Shown here: piece after piece, positions 58,298 to 64,000 of the stretch | Numbering within the stretch: the stretch's first letter is position 1 | Layout of the letters: every line of letters begins with the position of its first letter | Source of the DNA: an uncultured Bacteriovoracaceae bacterium | Lineage (GTDB): Bacteria; Bdellovibrionota; Bacteriovoracia; Bacteriovoracales; Bacteriovoracaceae | Assembly: GCA_964012805.1 (NCBI GenBank) | Contig: CAXGUD010000006.1 | Location: 1-64,000, forward strand | Direction of reading: 5' to 3' | Length of the DNA: 64,000 bases | Program-made: the position numbers and the translations under genes | Notes under the pieces: model-generated | Database searches by the model: none | Told to the model about the DNA's origin: nothing | Seen by the model: only the letters and a program-made list of their open reading frames with translations

Positions 58298-58930
58298 TTA
58301 GTCTATGTACTCTTGTTGATAAATCTTTTTACTAGGCCAATGGATCCCTGTAAGCAACTTAGAGGGAGATGTGTCTACGCAAATACCAAAGTCACCATTG
58401 TCATCCTCAAAAAAACGGGGTCTTATTTGGTTCAGGTGTCCGCATATTTGATATTTTTCTTTCCTTTTTGGTGGATGGTAATAGTTCCAAATAAAGGAGG
58501 TAAAAGTTTCCTCTGAGTAATAATTGTTTCCGAGATTGAGGCCATCATCAAATGTTTTAAGGATTCCTGCAATTGGAGCATGAGTCAGGATTAGCTCATT
58601 TGTTTCAATAAAAAGAGGAAGGTCTTTTAACCAATCAACATAAGGGTCCATGTTTTTTATATCATGAAAGCTTTTTAGTGTTTCTGATCCCCAAGCATCA
58701 AACCAAGTACCTTCTCTATAGTAATTACTTTTTATTAGGTGGTTGAGCATCATATGCTCATGGTTTCCAAGTAAACTTCTGCCATTTTTCATAAAGAAAT
58801 CGAATACTTCCCTAGATCTTGGGCCTCTGTCATTAAGGTCACCTAAGCCTATAGGCTCATCATCTGGCATCTTTTTTAGAAGTGCCAAAAGTGTCTTGAA
58901 GTTTCCTGCAATATCTCCAATAAGATTCAT
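58298..58930 (-). CDS. Metallophosphoesterase (PPP/ApaH-like)
   Basis: GDIAG, GDLNDRG, GNHE, THA and GH motifs. Confidence 0.85.
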   Translation of the reverse strand: MNLIGDIAGNFKTLLALLKKMPDDEPIGLGDLNDRGPRSREVFDFFMKNGRSLLGNHEHMMLNHLIKSNYYREGTWFDAWGSETLKSFHDIKNMDPYVDWLKDLPLFIETNELILTHAPIAGILKTFDDGLNLGNNYYSEETFTSFIWNYYHPPKRKEKYQICGHLNQIRPRFFEDDNGDFGICVDTSPSKLLTGIHWPSKKIYQQEYID

Positions 58931-58955
58931 AATATTTATTTTACCATGATTTTTG

Positions 58956-59324
58956 TCAGCTTATCTTTTCAATAAGGTCTGTAATAGATTTGAGTATAAT
59001 AGGTTTTTGTAGAAAGTAGATGTCTTTTATTTGTCCAACTTCTTTTTGAACTTCTTTTAGAAAACCTGAGATGAAAATAATAGGGGTCTGCTGGTTAGGT
59101 CCATCTTTTTCCCTAATCTCTTTTGCAAGAGAACCCCCTGTTTTACCTGGCATTTTGTGGTCTAGAAGGAGCACATCGTATTTTATCTGACCAACTAAGT
59201 CCATAAACTCAGAAGAGGTTTGACTAACTTCAATTTCATAAAGGTCTTTTAACTCAAGACCTTCCTCAAGAATATTAAGAATTTTCTCTTCATCATCAAT
59301 GATTAAAATAACTTTTTTTTTCAT
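58956..59324 (-). CDS. Single-domain response regulator
   Basis: IIDDE, LLDHKMP, ISG and KP. Confidence 0.9.
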   Translation of the reverse strand: MKKKVILIIDDEEKILNILEEGLELKDLYEIEVSQTSSEFMDLVGQIKYDVLLLDHKMPGKTGGSLAKEIREKDGPNQQTPIIFISGFLKEVQKEVGQIKDIYFLQKPIILKSITDLIEKIS

Positions 59325-59423
59325 GTCAAACCTGCCTTTTTTAACAGTTTTAGTCAGAATTTATATATAAAAAAATTATATAGACATAATAATAACAAAA
59401 AGAACTTTTAATTGGATTGTTTT

Positions 59424-59466
59424 AAAAGAGAGGTTAAGGATTCCTACTTTGTAACCCTTAACTCTC
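59424..59466 (-). terminator. Putative terminator after speE
   Basis: Minus strand GAGAGTTAAGG...CCTTAACCTCTC followed by TTTT. Confidence 0.5.
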
Positions 59467-59485
59467 ATATTCGATTGATGTCTTT

Positions 59486-60343
59486 TTATCCTTTTAAGAA
59501 AAGACTCAAATTATTTTTCATGAACGTAGGTAAAGAAAATGCGGCTTTATGAATATCCTTATTGTAATAGTTAAACTTAAGTCCACTTTCTTTAACTCTC
59601 TCCTCTTTAAAGTCATTTAGAGGGTGAAGGCCTTTAGAAGCAAAAGTAAAACTCCAAAGTCCACCTGGGTAAGTGAGGTTTGAAAAATTATAAAGAAGAG
59701 AAACGGGAAAAAGTCCGTTTAAGATACTCATAAGTTTTTTTTGCATCTCAACTTCGTAGAATCCACTTTCTCCCTGACTAACAACTATTCCATCATCTGT
59801 TAAGCAATTAAATATGTCTTTATAAAAATCTTTTCCAAAAAGCGGCTGGGCCGGTCCAATGGGGTCTGTTGAATCGACTAGAATAAGGTCAAATTTTTCT
59901 TTTGTCTTCTTTACGAATTCCAGGCCATCCCCAATGATAAGGTTCATCTTCGGGTGGTCCAAATCTTTAGATGTTTGTGGTATAAATTTTCGGCAAGCCT
60001 CTACAACCATTTCATCAATTTCAACCATTGTACATTTTTTGACTCCAGGGTGTCTCAAGACTTCCCTGGCCGTACCTCCATCACCTCCGCCAATAACGAG
60101 CACATTTTGAGGGTCTGGATGTACAAAAAGAGGAACGTGGGCAATCATATCATGATAAATGAATTCATCTCTTTCTGTGACCATGACGAGGCCATCATTC
60201 AGAAGCATTTTTCCATGGCCTTTTGTTTGAACGACATCAACACTTTGAAATTTGCTTTTTCCAGAAAAGAGCACTTTTTCAACTTTATAATTCATTCCTA
60301 AAAAGTCGCCGTGTTTCTCTTCAATCCAAAGGTTAGATTTCAT
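59486..60343 (-). CDS. speE: Spermidine synthase (polyamine aminopropyltransferase)
   Basis: DEFIYHDM, IGGGDGG, VEID, VDSTDP and TYPGGLW. Confidence 0.95.
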   Translation of the reverse strand: MKSNLWIEEKHGDFLGMNYKVEKVLFSGKSKFQSVDVVQTKGHGKMLLNDGLVMVTERDEFIYHDMIAHVPLFVHPDPQNVLVIGGGDGGTAREVLRHPGVKKCTMVEIDEMVVEACRKFIPQTSKDLDHPKMNLIIGDGLEFVKKTKEKFDLILVDSTDPIGPAQPLFGKDFYKDIFNCLTDDGIVVSQGESGFYEVEMQKKLMSILNGLFPVSLLYNFSNLTYPGGLWSFTFASKGLHPLNDFKEERVKESGLKFNYYNKDIHKAAFSLPTFMKNNLSLFLKG

Positions 60344-60378
60344 ATATCTTGCTCCTAAATATATACTTTACTTGTCGC

Positions 60379-61317
60379 TTAAGAGATTAAAACTGCACTC
60401 TCTTCAGCCGTATCTTTTTTAATAAACTGTCTAAATTGGACTTCATACCCACAGTTAAGCTTTTCTTTAACGCACTTCACTGGGTAATTACTATTCTGAA
60501 AAGGTCTTTCTGGAATAAAATCATTAAAAGAGACCAGATCAAAACTTTCCGGTGAGAAAGCTTGTAGTATTTGAACGCCATAATTTTTATGCTCTCCCCA
60601 AAGGGGAAGGTTTGTTTCAAAGCTCGCATACGATCCCTCTTCTTGAGGAGTGACATGTATCGTAAAATATTGATGACCTTTAATAGCATTTAAAGAGTAG
60701 CCATAAGGCTTAAATACGAAATCGTCGATTTTCCAGTCACTAAAATATTTATTCAGTTTCAAAAACTCTCTAATATTACTTGTTTGCTGACCCTCTTGGC
60801 AAAAGATAGACTTGGCATCACTACCTAGGTGGTACATAAGAAGTTCATGGGTATAGTCACTTGGAGAAGGCGCAAACTCTTTATTTAGGTGATAGAGAAA
60901 GTTGTGGTGGCCGTCAGTATTACCAAAACGAAATGATTTACCACTAAAAACACTTTTAAGAGATTCGATATCAGAAAAGAAGTTTGTTTTTTGGAGGTGG
61001 GAGCAGTATTCATTTTTTCTTTGAAAAATAAGAGAAAGAATATCTTCCTTCGGAAACCTCTTTAAGAAAGTGTGAACCGCTTGGATAAGCTTTGTTTCAC
61101 CACAGGTTATCATCACGATTCTATCATCCCATACAAAAAGGCTAGATTCACTAAGCAGGTAAGCACTTAGACAACTATTGTGGATAGAGGATAAAATTTG
61201 GGCCCCGGAAGCACTAACAACTTCGTTCCAAAAGGGTTGTTTTATATTTCGCAGTGAGTCCCCTGCGGATAATTTAACAACGATTTCTAATTTTTTTTCA
61301 GATCCTTCAAAAAACAC
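60379..61317 (-). CDS. speD: S-adenosylmethionine decarboxylase proenzyme, long eukaryote-like form
   Basis: FEGSEKKLE, YLLSESSLFV self-cleavage site, TCG, GYSLN, TIHVTPQ and YASFE; AAGGAG RBS before GTG at 61317. Confidence 0.9.
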   Translation of the reverse strand: MFFEGSEKKLEIVVKLSAGDSLRNIKQPFWNEVVSASGAQILSSIHNSCLSAYLLSESSLFVWDDRIVMITCGETKLIQAVHTFLKRFPKEDILSLIFQRKNEYCSHLQKTNFFSDIESLKSVFSGKSFRFGNTDGHHNFLYHLNKEFAPSPSDYTHELLMYHLGSDAKSIFCQEGQQTSNIREFLKLNKYFSDWKIDDFVFKPYGYSLNAIKGHQYFTIHVTPQEEGSYASFETNLPLWGEHKNYGVQILQAFSPESFDLVSFNDFIPERPFQNSNYPVKCVKEKLNCGYEVQFRQFIKKDTAEESAVLIS

Positions 61318-61586
61318 CGGCAACTCCTTCAGAACATTGTGATGATTTTTTATGAAAAATATAAAACTATGGTCGTTCTTCTTACACCAAAAGGGCCTTT
61401 TTTGCATCACTTTGGTAAGAATTTCAAACTGGGCCTTTCTATAATGTTGAAATTGAAGCTATTCCAAACAAGAAATAGACTAAAAAAAAGCCTTTTTGAA
61501 CTGCTGAAGACCTTCTTTTTAGATTGTAGGGTCAATTAAAGTCATTGAGTTGAGCCGAGAAATTCAGGGGGTTGTCGGTAAAACGG

Positions 61587-61610
61587 AAAAGGCCCCCATC
61601 AATGGAGGCC
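61587..61610 (-). terminator. Intrinsic terminator after the CARDB gene
   Basis: Minus strand GGCCTCCA-TTGA-TGGGGGCC-TTTT. Confidence 0.75.
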
Positions 61611-61671
61611 AATTTTATTAAATTGGGTTAATAATGCTGTCTGATGACCCCTCTAAGGGAAGGCCACTCAA

Positions 61672-62163
61672 TTAACCCAATCTAAAAAATGACTTGGTGT
61701 TATTGTTTTCATTCTTTTCTTTTACAGTGTTTTTATAATCTGCTTCCACATTTAAAGCAGCATCTGGATTAAAAATCCAATAAGGTAAGTGAAGAGTCGC
61801 TTGAAAACTTTGACCTGGATTCAGTGCTGGTACATAGGAGACATCATTATAGGGGGCTCCTGTGGATTGAAAAGTTGAAGGGTCAATGATTCGTACATAA
61901 CTGGCACCAGCTTTAAGGTTACCAATATTTTTAATGGTAACTTTAATTTCAGTTTGTCCAGTTCCATTTATAAATTGAAATGGGTGGATCGTCTGGACAA
62001 TAAGGTCTGGTCCTTTAATGAAAAAGTGTCTGTCTAAAGGGAAAAGCTTACGAATAACTTCTTTTTTAATAATTTTCTTAGGAACTGGTAAGAACCTAGC
62101 GTCCGCCTTAAAACTCATAACTGCCATAAGAAGCATTAGGGTTACATGGATCATTTTTTTCAT
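61672..62163 (-). CDS. Secreted CARDB (Ig-like) domain protein
   Basis: Signal peptide ending ADA; PDLIV, VTIKNIG, VPALNPG and ADYKNTVKEKNENNN. Confidence 0.8.
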   Translation of the reverse strand: MKKMIHVTLMLLMAVMSFKADARFLPVPKKIIKKEVIRKLFPLDRHFFIKGPDLIVQTIHPFQFINGTGQTEIKVTIKNIGNLKAGASYVRIIDPSTFQSTGAPYNDVSYVPALNPGQSFQATLHLPYWIFNPDAALNVEADYKNTVKEKNENNNTKSFFRLG

Positions 62164-62227
62164 TGTGTACTCCTCAATTGTTCGATTTACTTTTTAGAGG
62201 CCTAAACGGCATCTTGAGGAAGTAGTA

Positions 62228-62243
62228 TGCAGAAACCATGCCA
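62228..62243 (-). promoter_or_regulatory. Probable sigma-54 promoter of the CARDB gene
   Basis: Minus strand TGGCAT-GGTTT-CTGCA with exact GG-N10-GC spacing, about 65 nt upstream of the ATG. Confidence 0.55.
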
Positions 62244-62298
62244 AAGGTTTTGGTAGCAAAAGGTAACTACTGGTGACTTTTACGGTATTGAGAGGAGT

Positions 62299-63261
62299 TT
62301 AAGAGCTAATATGGCCATGATGCATAAGCAATTTATGTCCTGGGATTTTCTTCGCTTGTATGACCCAGGTCGTCCAAGCATGTCTATGGGGAACCCTTGG
62401 TGTCCACTTTGCTAAATTTGATAAGTGGTACGCCGGAAGAGATGGAAAAAAGTGATGGATTACATGATAGTTAAAGTTCATAAAAACAAAATTAGAGACC
62501 AAAGGAGGAAAGATAAGCTCTCTTGTATACTCATCCTGTTTTCGTGGTGGAATGGTCGAGTTGAATTCATTCTGCTTATAATATTTTCGCTCAAAATAGG
62601 TGTGCTGACTTAATAGAAAAGGGTCAGAAACAAAAAGAGTGAAAAATGTGCTTATTAAAAAAGGAAATAAAAAGCTCGTGCCCAAAAAATAATAAAGAAC
62701 AAAATAAGGAGAGATCATAAATAAAAGACAAAAAAGTTGGAACACCTTTTTCTTTTTTGTCGGAGCAAATTGAAGTGTAAACAAAGGATTCCAAAAGCTT
62801 CTGATGTAAAAACTAATAACAAAAATTGGAATCCAATATTTCCAGGCAAAATCAACGACTTTTTTTTGAGTGTCCTTAATCATTTTCTTGTTGGGTCCTG
62901 AAGCTGTCGGGTCTTTGTCAAAAAAGCCTGTCCACCGATGATGAAGGTTATGAATAGTCCTCCACTGTTCGAAGGGAAGGAGTGAAACACACGATGCTAC
63001 AATGCCCACTAACGTATTCATCCAGTTTTTGGAGAAAAAGTGCCCATGACCGCAGTCATGTAAGATAGAGACCCAATTAAAGACAACCGCCACACCTAAA
63101 AGTGTGCCTATAAGATTAAGAATGAAGCTATGTGAAGAAAGGAAATAAAACCAGGTAATGGTTAAAAGGGTTGCTCTGAATACCCACCATAAAGCCAAAA
63201 GGTTTGAATTTTTAAGGGTTTTAGTCTTTTCTTTTAGTTTGAGATAATCGTATTTATTCAT
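62299..63261 (-). CDS. Membrane fatty-acid desaturase family protein
   Basis: His boxes HDCGH, HNLHH and HVIHH; TM helices. Confidence 0.88.
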   Translation of the reverse strand: MNKYDYLKLKEKTKTLKNSNLLALWWVFRATLLTITWFYFLSSHSFILNLIGTLLGVAVVFNWVSILHDCGHGHFFSKNWMNTLVGIVASCVSLLPFEQWRTIHNLHHRWTGFFDKDPTASGPNKKMIKDTQKKVVDFAWKYWIPIFVISFYIRSFWNPLFTLQFAPTKKKKVFQLFCLLFMISPYFVLYYFLGTSFLFPFLISTFFTLFVSDPFLLSQHTYFERKYYKQNEFNSTIPPRKQDEYTRELIFPPLVSNFVFMNFNYHVIHHFFPSLPAYHLSNLAKWTPRVPHRHAWTTWVIQAKKIPGHKLLMHHGHISS

Positions 63262-64000
63262 AATGGCCTTCTTTTGAAAGGTCCTTTTTAAAATATCTTT
63301 GATATGTATCTATAATCATTGAATTTAAAACAAGCTCTTTTTTAATAAAAGGGGCGATATACTTTTCATGCATTTTTGGAAGTTGGCTCCAATGGATCCG
63401 AGGATACATATGGTGGATGGTATGATAACCGCCATTTAAAAAAAGAAAGTTTTCAATGGCATTAGTATAATTTTTGCTCAAGTTTATTTTTGAAGTTGGC
63501 TCGCAGTCTTTATGAAAAAGTAGGTTTGTAAAGACAATAAAATAATTTCCAAAAATCCAGGGTAAGATGACAAAAAATAATGTTTTTGAAAAACTTAAAA
63601 AAAAGCCCATTCCTAAAAAGGTAATAAGGAGTATGTTTTCGGCCTTTTTTATTTTACCAAATTGTAGGTCCATCTTTTTAAAAAGGTCCTTACCTTCTCT
63701 TTTAAAGCGCCTTCCGGTTCTAAACGCGTAAACAAAAGGCCTCAATGATTTTGGGCCTTCACCTTCATTACCAGGCCAAAACCAGTCTTCCTTGCTGCCT
63801 TCATATCGATGATGATTGAGGTTATGGATGATAAAGGTAAAACGCTCACTCGCTCCCCGAGTTATGGTCAGTAAAAGGCCGAAAAGAGTATTAAGTCCCT
63901 TATAACCAAAGGTTGGAACGTGAATATGGTTGTGATCAATAAGGTTCACAATAAAATTAACCAGACATGAAAAAGAAATCCAGAAAAGAGATATAGGAAG
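63254..64000 (-). CDS. Fatty-acid desaturase family protein, 5' end outside the window
   Basis: His boxes HNHIH, HNLNHH and HTIHH; frame stays open from 63949 to the window edge. Confidence 0.85.
   Translation of the reverse strand, partial: LPISLFWISFSCLVNFIVNLIDHNHIHVPTFGYKGLNTLFGLLLTITRGASERFTFIIHNLNHHRYEGSKEDWFWPGNEGEGPKSLRPFVYAFRTGRRFKREGKDLFKKMDLQFGKIKKAENILLITFLGMGFFLSFSKTLFFVILPWIFGNYFIVFTNLLFHKDCEPTSKINLSKNYTNAIENFLFLNGGYHTIHHMYPRIHWSQLPKMHEKYIAPFIKKELVLNSMIIDTYQRYFKKDLSKEGHYE

Noticed and set aside
61318..61410. 31-codon N-terminal extension of AdoMetDC in the ORF track
   Set aside because: A strong AAGGAG sits just before GTG 61317 and homology starts at FFEG.
61641..61665. CTGATGA followed by a small CCC/GGG stem, resembling a hammerhead ribozyme core
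   Set aside because: The required GAAA is GAAG/AAGG, the stem II closing pair is wrong, and no stems I/III with a cleavage triplet were found.
401..62613. Numerous 60-140 aa ORFs overlapping longer genes (e.g. 401-634, 15027-15404, 17772-18188, 59954-60301)
   Set aside because: Antisense or out-of-frame shadows of well-supported genes with no motifs.
1..64000. CRISPR array, tRNA/rRNA, transposase, integrase or prophage
   Set aside because: Intergenic gaps are short, and no spaced repeats, cloverleafs or mobile-element proteins were recognised.

Overview
AT-rich, densely coding bacterial chromosomal segment. Gene styles (long PurC, eukaryote-like AdoMetDC, trypsin-LRR lipoprotein, CheW-less REC-PAS-Hpt-HATPase kinase) suggest Bdellovibrionota, probably Bacteriovoracia; this is inference, not a database result. 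Contents in order: CBS protein, MOFRL glycerate kinase, glyoxalase I, class III FBPase, two long coiled-coil proteins, ALDH, truD, gltX, EEP hydrolase, serine protease, TRAP dctPQM, a degenerate 1273-aa sensor, cca, GST, marC, a divergent lipid-synthesis/export locus, a nine-gene purine operon (purF-E-C-D-N-L-Q-H-M), two-component genes, dodecin, speD-speE, a CARDB protein and two tandem fatty-acid desaturases (the last cut by the window end). No rRNA, tRNA, CRISPR array or mobile element was recognised. The best candidate for an undescribed system is 31869-41259. It has a translationally coupled minus-strand operon (DAG-kinase-family kinase, FAR-type SDR, 691-aa acyl-ACP-reductase-like fusion, BtaA/DUF3419 aminocarboxypropyl transferase, no btaB). 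This faces a LolD/LolE-like ABC exporter, a LolA-like carrier and an outer-membrane barrel, and may make and export an unknown homoserine-headed lipid built from a fatty alcohol. All protein calls are from motif recognition by eye.
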